Source of the DNA: an uncultured Azospirillum sp.
Lineage (GTDB): Bacteria; Pseudomonadota; Alphaproteobacteria; RF32; CAG-239
Assembly: GCA_900538765.1 (NCBI GenBank)
Contig: UQAB01000008.1
Span: forward strand, 481-64,480
Direction: 5' to 3'
DNA: 64,000 bases
Below are positions 28,233 through 38,659 of the stretch, piece by piece; position 1 is the first letter of the stretch; each line of letters opens with the position of its first letter. The position numbers were made by a program, and so were the translations under genes. A model generated the notes under the pieces. That model was not told the origin of the DNA. It saw nothing but the letters and a program-made list of their open reading frames with translations, and ran no database searches.

Positions 28233-28267
28233 AACAAAAAAATCTCCCGGAAATATAACCGGGAGAT
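28233..28267 (-). terminator. Intrinsic terminator after der
   Basis: A 9-bp stem ATCTCCCGG/CCGGGAGAT is followed by a T-run on the minus strand. Confidence 0.8.
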
Positions 28268-28276
28268 AAAAGAATA

Positions 28277-29710
28277 TCATTTTTTTTCTTGTTTTTTAGG
28301 CCTTCCTTTGGGTGCATATGGATTGCCGGTTTTCCTGACCGTAATTCGCAACGGAATCCCGCGCATATCAAACACTTCCCTCATATTGTTTGTCAGATAC
28401 CGTAAATAAGCTTCGGGAAGCCCTTCAGGATTGCTTGAAAAGATATAAAACGAAGGAGGCCTGGTCTTGGCCTGAGTAATATACCGCAGTTTTATACGCC
28501 TTTTGTTTTTACCGAGCGGCGGCGGATAATTATCAATCATATCCTGAAACCATTTATTGAGCGGCGCAGTCGGAATACGCAAATTCCAACGGTTATAAAC
28601 TTTCAAAACCGCACTCATTAGCTTGTCCAGCCCTTCTTTTTTCAAGGCTGAAATGGTAACGGTCGGAATGCCTTCGGCCTGTGTCAGTGAAGTCTGCAAT
28701 TTATAATTCAGCTTATCCAGAGCTTCCTGCCGGTTGGCAATATCCCATTTGTTTACGGCAATAACTAAAGCACGCCCTTCATCAAGAACCTTGCGGGCAA
28801 TGGTTAAATCCTGCTTGTCCAAAACGGCGTCGGCATCCAAAACCAAAACGACGACCTGAGCCATAAAGGCAGCATGCTTCGTGCTTGCCGCCGACATCTT
28901 TTCCAGAGAATCTGAAACCTTAGACTGTCGTCTTAACCCGGCCGTGTCGACCAGATTAATTTTGTGCCCCCGCCAAGCCCATTGAGATGTGATGGCGTCT
29001 CTGGTCACGCCGGCTTCCGGCCCGGTGAGCATACGCTCATCATTAAGCAGGGCATTGACTAACGTTGATTTTCCAACATTAGGCCTGCCGACAATGGCTA
29101 ATTGAATGGGACGTTTTTTGTATTCTTCATCAATTTTGGCGTCAATTTCTTCTTGCGTCAGATTAGAATTTTCTTCCTGAATTTTCTGGTCTTCTTCCTC
29201 AAATGACAAATCTTCCTCTTTATCATACTCTTTCAGGCCGATATACAAATCTTCCAACCCCAGACCATGTTCGGCTGAAAAGGGGATAGGCTGCCCCAGT
29301 CCCAGCTTATAGGCTTCATGAATACTGTCTTCCTGAGTTTTCCCTTCGCACTTATTGGCCAGCAGAATAACCGGCTTGTGGCTGGCGCGTACCAATCCGG
29401 CCAAATGCTCGTCATAAGGATGAAGCCCTTCTCTGGCATCAAATAAAAACAGGCAGACGTCAGCATCTTCAATGGCTTTCTGCGTTTGCTGCCACATTCT
29501 TTGTTCCAGATTGTCTTCCGTAGAAAACTCATAGCCGGCAGTGTCTATAATCTTCAATTTTATATCATGAAGCTTGGCATCGGTTTCTTTTCTGTCCCGG
29601 GTAACGCCGGGCATATCATGAACAATGGCAATTTTTCGTCCTGCCAGACGGTTAAATAAGGTCGACTTGCCGACATTAGGGCGGCCGATAATCGCTGCTT
29701 TAATCGTCAT
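28277..29710 (-). CDS. der: Ribosome-associated GTPase Der/EngA
   Basis: It has two tandem G domains (GRPNVGKSTLFN and GRPNVGKSTLVN; DTAG twice; NKCE and NKWD) and a KH-like C-terminus. Confidence 0.92.
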   Translation of the reverse strand: MTIKAAIIGRPNVGKSTLFNRLAGRKIAIVHDMPGVTRDRKETDAKLHDIKLKIIDTAGYEFSTEDNLEQRMWQQTQKAIEDADVCLFLFDAREGLHPYDEHLAGLVRASHKPVILLANKCEGKTQEDSIHEAYKLGLGQPIPFSAEHGLGLEDLYIGLKEYDKEEDLSFEEEDQKIQEENSNLTQEEIDAKIDEEYKKRPIQLAIVGRPNVGKSTLVNALLNDERMLTGPEAGVTRDAITSQWAWRGHKINLVDTAGLRRQSKVSDSLEKMSAASTKHAAFMAQVVVLVLDADAVLDKQDLTIARKVLDEGRALVIAVNKWDIANRQEALDKLNYKLQTSLTQAEGIPTVTISALKKEGLDKLMSAVLKVYNRWNLRIPTAPLNKWFQDMIDNYPPPLGKNKRRIKLRYITQAKTRPPSFYIFSSNPEGLPEAYLRYLTNNMREVFDMRGIPLRITVRKTGNPYAPKGRPKKQEKK

Positions 29711-31055
29711 TGCCGTCTTCCATCTGTTTGTAAGCGGTCAGTTCCGCGTCATTTGTTGCAAACAGAACCGTATCATAAGCAACAACCGGCGGAACAACGA
29801 CGCCCTCGTCAAGTTCTATGTATCCCAGAATTTTACCGCTGTATGGCGAGATGGCATAAGCCTGTCCGTTGGAAGAAGCGACAATCAGACGGTAGCCGGT
29901 CAATACCGGGCCTGACAGGAAAACGCCGCTTTTTGCCGAAACATCTTCGCCAAGCGGAATTCTTGTTGTCCAAATGATCTTTCCGCTGGATCTTTCTATA
30001 GCTGCCAAATCTGCATCGTTAGAAAGGATATACAGATATTTGCCGACAACCCAAGGCTGGTTGACACTGCTGACTTCCCTTTCCCAAACCGGAATGCCTG
30101 TCCGCAAGTCAATCGCCATTAAAACATTATTGTTTCCTGCCGCGTAGACGACATTGTCTTTGATAACCGGATTGGCTTTTACCGAGTTGATTGCCGAGAG
30201 AGAATTAATTCTCTTGCGGGAAACCATCAAAACTGACCATAACGGCGTTCCTGTGCTGGCCTTAATCGCCCGCAGTTCACCGCTGGAAAATGCGGCGACG
30301 ACAACATCATTGGTCGCATCGTAAGCCGGGCTGGCACCGCCGACCAGTGTTGTTGCTTCTTTAGTTGATTTATATTTCCACAGTTCTTTGCCGTTTTCAG
30401 CATTTAAGGCGATAAGAATATTATCAATTGTTTGTACAAAAACATAATTGTCGGAAACAGTCGGCGCAATTCTTATCGGAAGTTCGGCATTATAAACCCA
30501 CAGCTTTTTACCGGTCATCATATCTAAGGCCGCCACGGCGCCAAAACCTGTTGTTGCGTAAATCACCTTGTTGTTTGCCGCCAGCCCGGCGCCTTTCATG
30601 GCCGCACTGCGGTCGCTTTTGTTAAACGGCTTCAGTTTGCTTTCCCAGATATTTTCGCCGTTATCCATGCGAAAGGCACGGACAGTTGCATCTGCGTCAA
30701 TGGTAAAGGCAACCTTGTGTTTGACAATCGGTGCGGCAATGATAAAGTCGCGCTTGGAACCGCCTTCGCCGAAATTAGCTGACCAAGCCTGTGTAATCAT
30801 GTCGCCGCTGTTAGGGTGTTCCATGTCATGCATAGCGTTTCCGCCGCTTTGTTCCCAGGAAATATTGGTTGCCGCTTCCAGTAGTTCTATCTTTACCTGA
30901 TTAGGCAGAAAATCCGCCTGTAAAATGGTTTCTCCGTCCAAAACGGAAATCCTGTCGCCGTCCAGAATGATTTTATCTTCTGAAAACATTCCGCACCCGG
31001 CGAGGGACAGACAGACCAAACTTAATGTAATTTTCTTTACAGTTTTTATCGACAT
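29700..31055 (-). CDS. bamB: BamB-like PQQ-repeat beta-propeller lipoprotein
   Basis: It has the lipobox LSLAGC and repeated beta-propeller blades. Its position between the yfgM-like gene and der matches E. coli. Confidence 0.7.
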   Translation of the reverse strand: MSIKTVKKITLSLVCLSLAGCGMFSEDKIILDGDRISVLDGETILQADFLPNQVKIELLEAATNISWEQSGGNAMHDMEHPNSGDMITQAWSANFGEGGSKRDFIIAAPIVKHKVAFTIDADATVRAFRMDNGENIWESKLKPFNKSDRSAAMKGAGLAANNKVIYATTGFGAVAALDMMTGKKLWVYNAELPIRIAPTVSDNYVFVQTIDNILIALNAENGKELWKYKSTKEATTLVGGASPAYDATNDVVVAAFSSGELRAIKASTGTPLWSVLMVSRKRINSLSAINSVKANPVIKDNVVYAAGNNNVLMAIDLRTGIPVWEREVSSVNQPWVVGKYLYILSNDADLAAIERSSGKIIWTTRIPLGEDVSAKSGVFLSGPVLTGYRLIVASSNGQAYAISPYSGKILGYIELDEGVVVPPVVAYDTVLFATNDAELTAYKQMEDGNDD

Positions 31056-31074
31056 CAGATTCTCCGCAATTTTT

Positions 31075-31767
31075 TTAACTGTTAGCTTGCGCTTCGGTCA
31101 GAACCGAAATCATGTCCTGAACACGGCTTTTCAGTGTATCGGACAATTCATTGTTGTTCAAAATGTCATTATATATTTCCAAAGCCTGGGACAAATTTCC
31201 TTCCCTTATTTCCAGCATGGCTTTCATTTCTTTGGCAACATTGACCCAGCTTCCGTTATCAATAATCAGCCGGTTAAGCAAAGCTTCGACTTCCTCGCGC
31301 GGCGCATTGTCCAGTTTATAAGAGGCTAATTTGAAAACCGCCATGTTTTGAATGCTGGCATTGGCGTCGGGATTGTTAACCAGTGCCGTCAGAACAGTTA
31401 ACGCTTCGTCATTTTTAGCCTGTTCCAAAAGAATATTGGCTATCTGCATCTGTGCAATATCCCGGTAGATGCCACCGTTTTGTTGCTCAATATCTTTAAA
31501 GACGGCTATACTTTCGTCATATTTGCCTTGAATCTGCAGGTTGTACGCATAAGCATAAGCGTCAGACCATGTTTGCGCTTTTTTATTCTGCCAGGCCTTA
31601 ATGCTTTCAAAGCTGACCGCAAAAGTTAAAGCGGCGATAACAACGACAGTTGCTAAAATACCGTATTTTTTCCAAAAGTTTCTCATTTTTTCCTGTTTCA
31701 GTTCTTCATTGATTTCCTGAAACAGAATGTCATCTGCCGCAGCCTCTTCTTTAACTTTTTTTATCAT
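31075..31767 (-). CDS. YfgM-like TPR membrane-anchored protein
   Basis: An N-terminal TM segment (ILATVVVIAALTFAV) is followed by TPR-like repeats. It lies upstream of bamB-der. Confidence 0.6.
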   Translation of the reverse strand: MIKKVKEEAAADDILFQEINEELKQEKMRNFWKKYGILATVVVIAALTFAVSFESIKAWQNKKAQTWSDAYAYAYNLQIQGKYDESIAVFKDIEQQNGGIYRDIAQMQIANILLEQAKNDEALTVLTALVNNPDANASIQNMAVFKLASYKLDNAPREEVEALLNRLIIDNGSWVNVAKEMKAMLEIREGNLSQALEIYNDILNNNELSDTLKSRVQDMISVLTEAQANS

Positions 31768-31855
31768 CTTGCAACCTCGTAATTTTGATAATTTAATTAC
31801 TTATATCTGAAATAGTTGATTTATCCAAGCAGTATTTGCTTTTGATTACCAGTTT

Positions 31856-33016
31856 TTATTGTCTGACAATGTTGTTTATCAAATATTTTCGTATCCAGTC
31901 CAAAGCCTCTGCTGGCATTTTTTTTCCGAAAATGACATTTTTGGTGTTAGAGGTGATGGACAGGAAATAGCGCCCCGTTGCCGGATTCTCAGTGACGACA
32001 ATCGCCTCGATGTCATTCTTGTTGATTTCGTCTTTTTTTAAGTTTCTCAGCGGAAATTTATGAACAATAACCAGCTTGTGTTTTTTTATGGCTATCTTAT
32101 CCCGGCGGAACAGCGATATGATGGCACATAACAAAACAAGCAGGCTGCCGATGACAAAAACTGTTGAGGAAAAACCGCCGTCATAGGCAAAAACAAAAGC
32201 CAGCAGAGCTGCCGCCGCCAAAATAATAATTCCCCAGGCAATGATATTATAGGCATCCCATAGAATTTTGGCCATTTTAATAACCGTCTTGTCTTTTTTT
32301 CTGACAAGAATGACCGATTCCGGCAGGCTGTCTGCTGCATTGTAATCATTTTTCAGTTTGCCTTCCCTGAACAGTTCTTTGACAGACTTGTCCAAATCTT
32401 CCACATCTCTTTTAACCAGTCCGTCATTCGTCAGAATAAGTGCCGGAAGATTGAGCTTTTTGGCATAATATTTCCATTTTGAACGAATGTTTTTGCCGCT
32501 GGTTGAAATGTACAATGGTGCGACTTTATGCAGATTCTTATGACGAAGCTCAATGATGTAACGGTTTTTATTCAAAAAACCAAACTGGAAAAACTCGATT
32601 CTCAACTGGACGCCTTCATAATTTTTCAGGGCTTCCTTGTATATGTTTTTTTTGCCGCCGATTTGCCGGTCGACAATTTGAATGTTTTTGCCGTCAAACA
32701 AAATTTTGCGGTAACGGATATAAGACATGAACAGGGCGGAAACAATCCAGGCGCCGATGATAAAAATCACACAGTCAAAAAAAGCCGGGCTGAAAAGCGG
32801 TTCGGCGTTTTCGCCGGAAACGCCGGCGAAAACGGCGTCAAAACCGCTGCCGGTCAAAAAAACGTTTCCGAACTCGTATAAAGCCAAAAGCATGAGGGCA
32901 AAACCGGCGAGCAGCCCGGGATAAAGGATTCTCAGGGCAATACGGTCCGAGGCCTTGCCGGGAATGTTGGTCAAATTCAATTCAAAACTGTGGCTGTAGT
33001 GATTGGCCGTTTTCAT
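31856..33016 (-). CDS. Membrane protein, unknown function
   Basis: Four TM segments lie in two pairs separated by soluble regions. I chose the ATG at 33016 (GAGGG 8 nt upstream) over the GTG at 33046. Confidence 0.5.
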   Translation of the reverse strand: MKTANHYSHSFELNLTNIPGKASDRIALRILYPGLLAGFALMLLALYEFGNVFLTGSGFDAVFAGVSGENAEPLFSPAFFDCVIFIIGAWIVSALFMSYIRYRKILFDGKNIQIVDRQIGGKKNIYKEALKNYEGVQLRIEFFQFGFLNKNRYIIELRHKNLHKVAPLYISTSGKNIRSKWKYYAKKLNLPALILTNDGLVKRDVEDLDKSVKELFREGKLKNDYNAADSLPESVILVRKKDKTVIKMAKILWDAYNIIAWGIIILAAAALLAFVFAYDGGFSSTVFVIGSLLVLLCAIISLFRRDKIAIKKHKLVIVHKFPLRNLKKDEINKNDIEAIVVTENPATGRYFLSITSNTKNVIFGKKMPAEALDWIRKYLINNIVRQ

Positions 33017-33180
33017 CTTTAATACCCTCGTCTTCTGTGGATGCACGTTATGACACCGTCATGCTATAATATTTTTTATTTAAAATCACTATATTATTTT
33101 ACAAAAAATACGTCTTTATGTTATTTTAATAAAATAAGGTTATAGTATAACAGAATTATGTGTAATTTAAGGAAGTCAAA

Positions 33181-34941
33181 ATGGGAAGCATTGAAATTTT
33201 TGCAAATATGACCAACTTGTCAGTGACGTTAATTTCAATATTGATACTGGGTATTGCAATTTATATGATTACCCGCAATAAAATTGTCATAAAAAAAGGA
33301 TTATGGCTGCTTTATTCCGGTTTACTGCTGGAACTTTTGACGACAGGGCTGATTTATAAAATCAACGAATTTTACAATCAGGGGATGGGCGAGTCAATCA
33401 ATACGCTGATCTTTTTGGAGTTGTTCCTGCTGTTGATTGCCATGCTCCTGATGGCGATTGCCGCTTCCCGGATATTGGTTAACAATGTGCCGGAATCTCC
33501 GATTATAACTTCTTTGGGCGGTATCGGACTTATTTCTATTGTCTATTTTGTTTTTATCTCTCCGGATAATGATATGGTTGCCAATATGCAGCAGATTTTT
33601 ATCATTGCCGGTTTCATCTGTATGGCGGTCAGTTTTTGGTCGCAATCCCACCGCCGCCATAAATCTGGTTACACGATGGCCAGTATTGTGACGTCATTGG
33701 TAACGGTCGTTTTGCTTATCCGTCTGACCGGGCACAGCAGCAGCCTTCTGAACAGCTGGTATTTGTCGCCGCTGTTTTACAATGCGCTGGCCGTCGCATT
33801 GGTTATGGTTTATGCCGATTATATTTCCCGCAAACTGGATACGACCAATGCTGAACTGGATAAGTACAACAAACGCATTGAAGAAATTATCAAGTCGTCG
33901 CCGTTCCCGATTATTATCTCACGTTTGAGTGATGATAAAATTATTCTGGCGAATAACAATGCCGTAAAACTCTTCGGAATTGAACCGACGGAATTGGATC
34001 GCTATCGCCTGAAAGATTTTTTTGCCGATGCCGAGAACCGTATTTTGCTGAATGAGCGCCTGGAACAGGAAAAAGAAGTTCAGGATTTTGAAATTCTGGT
34101 AAAAAGCTATTCCGGTGATACGCCGTTCTGGCTGCTGACCTCGGCCACAACAATTGACTACAATTACGATGTTGTGCTCTATGCGGCCTTTCAGGATATT
34201 ACTTCCCGCAAAAACAGAGAAGTTTTGCTTAAAAATCAGGCCACCCGCGACCCGCTTACCTCATTGTATAACCGCCGTTATTTTGAAGACGAGGTTAACA
34301 AACGCATCGCCAATGCTCGCTTAAATAACGGAACCTACTGCGTTTTGATGACCGACGTTGACTTGTTTAAACGCGTTAATGATACCTATGGCCACAAAAC
34401 CGGTGATAAGGTCTTGATTGAGCTGGCCGGCGCCTGTGAGCGTGCGTTGCGCGACAATGATATTGTTGCCCGTTACGGCGGTGAAGAGTTTGTTATCTAT
34501 CTTGATGATGTAACGATAGAAAAAGCTCAAACGGTTGCCGAGCGTTTGCGTGAAACGATTGCCGGTTTACAGGTTCCCTCAGATGACGGGAGGACGGTAA
34601 CTTTTACCATAAGCATCGGTATTTCGTCGTCTAAAGTTTCCGACAATATTGACACTTTGATTAAAACGGCGGATGAAGCCTTATATAAGGCAAAACAAAA
34701 CGGTCGTAACCGCGTGGAAGTTTTCCATCCGTCGGATTTGAAGAATTTTAATCCGGAAAACAATGCGATGCATAAAGATGAAACTGCCAACCGCCACCCT
34801 ATCTTTGATAAGGAGCCGGCAGCGGAAATCTCCTTGCTTGACGGAATTGAAAGCAATCATATTGTCGATGACAAAAACAAGATAGAGCCGAATAAAGCGC
34901 CGGGATTTTCCGTTCCGGGCGTGGATGTTGAGGATTTGTAA
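33181..34941 (+). CDS. Membrane-bound diguanylate cyclase (multi-TM, PAS, GGDEF)
   Basis: The N-terminus has about 6 TM segments, followed by a PAS-like region and a GGDEF domain. The active site reads RYGGEEF, with an RDND I-site 5 residues upstream. Confidence 0.85.
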   Translation: MGSIEIFANMTNLSVTLISILILGIAIYMITRNKIVIKKGLWLLYSGLLLELLTTGLIYKINEFYNQGMGESINTLIFLELFLLLIAMLLMAIAASRILVNNVPESPIITSLGGIGLISIVYFVFISPDNDMVANMQQIFIIAGFICMAVSFWSQSHRRHKSGYTMASIVTSLVTVVLLIRLTGHSSSLLNSWYLSPLFYNALAVALVMVYADYISRKLDTTNAELDKYNKRIEEIIKSSPFPIIISRLSDDKIILANNNAVKLFGIEPTELDRYRLKDFFADAENRILLNERLEQEKEVQDFEILVKSYSGDTPFWLLTSATTIDYNYDVVLYAAFQDITSRKNREVLLKNQATRDPLTSLYNRRYFEDEVNKRIANARLNNGTYCVLMTDVDLFKRVNDTYGHKTGDKVLIELAGACERALRDNDIVARYGGEEFVIYLDDVTIEKAQTVAERLRETIAGLQVPSDDGRTVTFTISIGISSSKVSDNIDTLIKTADEALYKAKQNGRNRVEVFHPSDLKNFNPENNAMHKDETANRHPIFDKEPAAEISLLDGIESNHIVDDKNKIEPNKAPGFSVPGVDVEDL

Positions 34942-34942
34942 T

Positions 34943-36082
34943 ATGGAGGCCTGTTCTTACGCGGAAATATGCGGCGGCTGTCTTTATCGCGGGGAGTCGC
35001 CGGAAAATTACCAAAAGCGTAAGGAAGAAGCCTTTCGCCGGGTTATGGCCAGTTTGAAAAAACAGCCGGAACAATACGGAAATCCGGTCTTTATTCCGGA
35101 TGGAACCAGACGCCGGGCGTCTTTGGCTTTCCGTCGGCATAAAGGAAAATTAGTCCTCGGTTTTAATATGCGTAAAAGCGCTGAAATCGTTGATATTCAA
35201 AAATGCTGTTTGTTGGCGCCGCAGTTGAATGCCGTTCTGCCGGAAGTGCGTGATTTGCTGGCAGAACTTTGTTCTTTACCTTTTTCTGAGAAAAAAGGCC
35301 GGAAGATACAACAAACTTTTCTGACCGCGGGAGATGTCTGGCTGTGCCAGGCTGACAACGGTATTGATTTGGTACTTGAATTTGACGGCGAACTGGATCT
35401 TTCACGCCGCATGGTTATTTTTGAAAAAGCGCAAAACAGCGAAAAGATAATTCGTATTTCCCATCGCCGCCGCAACAATGAAACGCCGGAACCTGTTGTT
35501 GAAAAATTTCCGCCGTTGGTTGACATTGCCGGAGTAAATGTCTACATCCCCGCTGGCTGTTTTATGCAGGCATCAGGAGAAGCGGAGCGGGTGCTGATTG
35601 GCTTGGTGCTGAAATATCTTGGCAATACGGAGGGAAACATTGCCGATCTGTTCTGTGGCATGGGAACTTTTTCTTATCCTCTGTCCCGCAACATCCGCAA
35701 TAAAATTACGGCAGTCGATTCGTCAGCAGAATTGCTCAATGCTTTTGCCAAATCAATTCACAAAAACATGATCCCCAATATTGAAATAAAAAATAAAAAT
35801 CTGTTTAAATATCCGCTGGATGAAAATGAACTGAAAAATTTTACCGCGATAGTCTTTGACCCGCCGCGTGCCGGCGCATCGGCGCAGGTGGCGAAAATGG
35901 CGGCGCTTTCGCCGGACAGCCGGACGCAAAAAATCATAGCCGTTTCCTGTAACCCCGAAAGTTTCGTAAATGATGCCAATGTCCTGCTTGAGGGCGGTTA
36001 TTGCCTGAAAGAGATAACCATGGTTGACCAGTTTATCTGCTCGAATCATATGGAATTGGTTGCGCTGTTTTCCAAACAATGA
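34943..36082 (+). CDS. RumA/TrmA-family class I SAM-dependent RNA (uracil-5) methyltransferase
   Basis: It has an N-terminal Cys cluster CSYAEICGGC, FMQAS, FDPPRAGA and a C-terminal catalytic-type VSCNP. Confidence 0.75.
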   Translation: MEACSYAEICGGCLYRGESPENYQKRKEEAFRRVMASLKKQPEQYGNPVFIPDGTRRRASLAFRRHKGKLVLGFNMRKSAEIVDIQKCCLLAPQLNAVLPEVRDLLAELCSLPFSEKKGRKIQQTFLTAGDVWLCQADNGIDLVLEFDGELDLSRRMVIFEKAQNSEKIIRISHRRRNNETPEPVVEKFPPLVDIAGVNVYIPAGCFMQASGEAERVLIGLVLKYLGNTEGNIADLFCGMGTFSYPLSRNIRNKITAVDSSAELLNAFAKSIHKNMIPNIEIKNKNLFKYPLDENELKNFTAIVFDPPRAGASAQVAKMAALSPDSRTQKIIAVSCNPESFVNDANVLLEGGYCLKEITMVDQFICSNHMELVALFSKQ

Positions 36083-36096
36083 GGATGTAAACAAAT

Positions 36097-36597
36097 ATGC
36101 TGAAAAAACTTTTTGTCATCTCTTGTGCCGCATTAAGCATCTCCTGTGCTTCTAAGCCTGAAGAAAAGCCTAAAACCTGCCCGCTGGTTTTTACGGCGGA
36201 AAGTTCATATACTCAGATTGTCCAGCATATGGACGCCTATCAGGTTATACTGACTGGCTACCATGGAAACTGTGTGGATTATTCCGTTACCAAAAGCAGT
36301 ACGGCGGTTATTCAGCCGACATTCCTGATACGCCGTTTGGAAGCGGTCGGCCAGGTAAATGTGCCGTTTGACTATTACGTCAAAACCACATACGGCAGCC
36401 AGAAACACCATGTTATTGCAACGATTCCCGAATTTGAAAAAGAAGTGCGCTATCTGGCCCGTCCGGTTAATGTCACCCTCCCGTATAAGCAGCGTTTTGA
36501 AACGCCGATATCCATAGGATTGGTTATTGAACCGGAAGAACAGATTTACAATAACCGTTATTTTGATGAAAAATTTGATTATTCTGAGGAGAAATAA
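36097..36597 (+). CDS. Hypothetical lipoprotein
   Basis: Lipobox ALSISC. 166 aa. Confidence 0.5.
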   Translation: MLKKLFVISCAALSISCASKPEEKPKTCPLVFTAESSYTQIVQHMDAYQVILTGYHGNCVDYSVTKSSTAVIQPTFLIRRLEAVGQVNVPFDYYVKTTYGSQKHHVIATIPEFEKEVRYLARPVNVTLPYKQRFETPISIGLVIEPEEQIYNNRYFDEKFDYSEEK

Positions 36598-36600
36598 AAT

Positions 36601-38580
36601 ATGGTTGAAAAAGATATAATAAGCAGAGATATGGCCAATGCAATTCGCTTTTTGTCGGTGGATGCCATTGAAAAATCAAAATCTGGGCATCCCGGAATGC
36701 CCTTGGGAATGGCGGATGTGGCAACAGTTCTCTTTACTAAAATCATAAAATATAATCCTCAGGACGGCCGCTGGTTTGATCGGGATCGTTTTGTTCTGTC
36801 TGCCGGACATGGTTCCATGCTGCTCTATTCTCTTTTATATTTGTTGGGTAGTCCGGATATCAGCATCGATGATATCAAAAATTTTCGACAGCTTGGCTCC
36901 AAGACTGCCGGGCATCCGGAATACGGACACCTGACGGGAATTGACATGACGACCGGGCCTTTAGGGCAGGGGATTAGTTCCGCAGTTGGTATGGCTTTGG
37001 CAGAAAGGCGGCTGAATGCCAAATTCGGAAATGACTTATGTTGCCATTATACTTATGTTATGTGCGGTGACGGCTGCCTGATGGAAGGCATTTCCGAGGA
37101 AGCGATAGCGCTGGCGGGACATCTGCGCCTGAATAAACTGATTGTTCTCTGGGATAATAACAACATAACGATTGACGGCGAGGTTTCTGCGTCAAGCTCA
37201 ACCGACCAGATAAAACGCTTTGAGGCCTGTGGCTGGGAAACACAGGAAATTGACGGGCATAATCCCGCGGAAATTGAACAGGCGCTCCGTAAGGCGCAAA
37301 AGGCTGACCGTCCGACCCTGATTGCCTGCAAAACTAAAATCGGTTTTGGCGCGCCGTCCAAATGCGGTACATCCAAATGTCATGGTTCCCCGCTCGGTGC
37401 CGAAGAAGTAGCGGCCATGCGCAAAAATCTGAACTGGAATGCCGAAGCGTTTGAAATTCCGGAGGATGTTCTTGATATGTGGCGTCAGGCCGGAAAGCGC
37501 AGTGAAAAAGAATATTATGATTGGAAAAACAGAGCCAAAGCTGCCGGCCGCGAATTTAACGACACAATCCAAAATAAATTGCCTGAGGGTTGGGACAAGG
37601 AACTCTTGGCTTTGAAAGAACAGTGCATTAAGGAGAAGACCAAAGTCGCCACGCGTAAAGCCTCGGAGATGTGCCTTGAAAAAATCGTGCCGAATGTTCC
37701 TGAAATTATCGGTGGTTCGGCAGATTTGGCCGCTTCTAACCTGACCTTTGTCAAAGGGATGAAAACTATTACCCGGGACGATTATGATGGTAATAATATC
37801 ATGTACGGAATTCGTGAACATGCTATGGCTGCAATAATGAATGGTATGGCTTTGCATGGCGGTGTTATTCCCTACGGCGGCACATTCTTTGTCTTTTCTG
37901 ATTATATGCGTCCGTCAATGCGTCTGGCTGCGCTAATGGGGCTTCATGTCGTCTATGTTCTGACGCACGATTCGATTGGCGTGGGAGAAGACGGCCCGAC
38001 TCATCAGCCCGTGGAGCATTTGGCTTCATTCCGAGCCATGCCGAATATCCTGACCATTCGTCCCTGCGATGTGGCTGAAACGGCGGAAGCCTGGCAGATT
38101 GCCATGGAAACGCGGGATAAACCGAGTATTCTGGTGCTGAGCCGTCAGGGCTTGCCCATGCTGAGAACAGAAAACAGCCTTGAAAACAAAACGGCTTTCG
38201 GAGCCTATGTTGTTGACGGAAACGAAAGAAAAGAACGTCAGGCAACGATTCTCGCCACCGGTTCCGAGGTTTCTTTAGCTATGGAAGCACAGAAGATTCT
38301 GTCAGAAAAAGGAATAAATGCGGTGGTTGTTTCCATGCCGTGTTGGGAGCTGTTTGACCGGCAGGAAGATAATTACAAAAAAGACGTCTTGGGAACGGCG
38401 CCCCGCGTAGCCGTTGAGGCCGCTTCCGGATTCGGCTGGGAAAAATATGTCGGCGAAAACGGGCGAATTATCGCCATGAACGGATTCGGCGCTTCCGGTC
38501 CTGCCGACCGGCTGTATGAGCATTTTGGCATAACGGTTGAAAATATTGTCAAAGCAGTTGAAAACCTGGTGCAAAAATAG
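36601..38580 (+). CDS. tkt: Transketolase
   Basis: A 659-aa protein with GHPG, the ThDP-binding GDGCLMEG and the transketolase signature THDSIGVGEDGPTHQP. Confidence 0.95.
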   Translation: MVEKDIISRDMANAIRFLSVDAIEKSKSGHPGMPLGMADVATVLFTKIIKYNPQDGRWFDRDRFVLSAGHGSMLLYSLLYLLGSPDISIDDIKNFRQLGSKTAGHPEYGHLTGIDMTTGPLGQGISSAVGMALAERRLNAKFGNDLCCHYTYVMCGDGCLMEGISEEAIALAGHLRLNKLIVLWDNNNITIDGEVSASSSTDQIKRFEACGWETQEIDGHNPAEIEQALRKAQKADRPTLIACKTKIGFGAPSKCGTSKCHGSPLGAEEVAAMRKNLNWNAEAFEIPEDVLDMWRQAGKRSEKEYYDWKNRAKAAGREFNDTIQNKLPEGWDKELLALKEQCIKEKTKVATRKASEMCLEKIVPNVPEIIGGSADLAASNLTFVKGMKTITRDDYDGNNIMYGIREHAMAAIMNGMALHGGVIPYGGTFFVFSDYMRPSMRLAALMGLHVVYVLTHDSIGVGEDGPTHQPVEHLASFRAMPNILTIRPCDVAETAEAWQIAMETRDKPSILVLSRQGLPMLRTENSLENKTAFGAYVVDGNERKERQATILATGSEVSLAMEAQKILSEKGINAVVVSMPCWELFDRQEDNYKKDVLGTAPRVAVEAASGFGWEKYVGENGRIIAMNGFGASGPADRLYEHFGITVENIVKAVENLVQK

Positions 38581-38591
38581 AAATGAAAAAT

Positions 38592-38624
38592 TAAGGCCTG
38601 ATTTATATCAGGCCTTACTTATTT
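38592..38624 (+). terminator. Intrinsic terminator after tkt
   Basis: An 11-bp stem TAAGGCCTGAT/ATCAGGCCTTA with a 4-nt loop. Confidence 0.7.
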
Positions 38625-38659
38625 AGTAAAACAAAGCGTTGCATTCGTATAATTGCTAT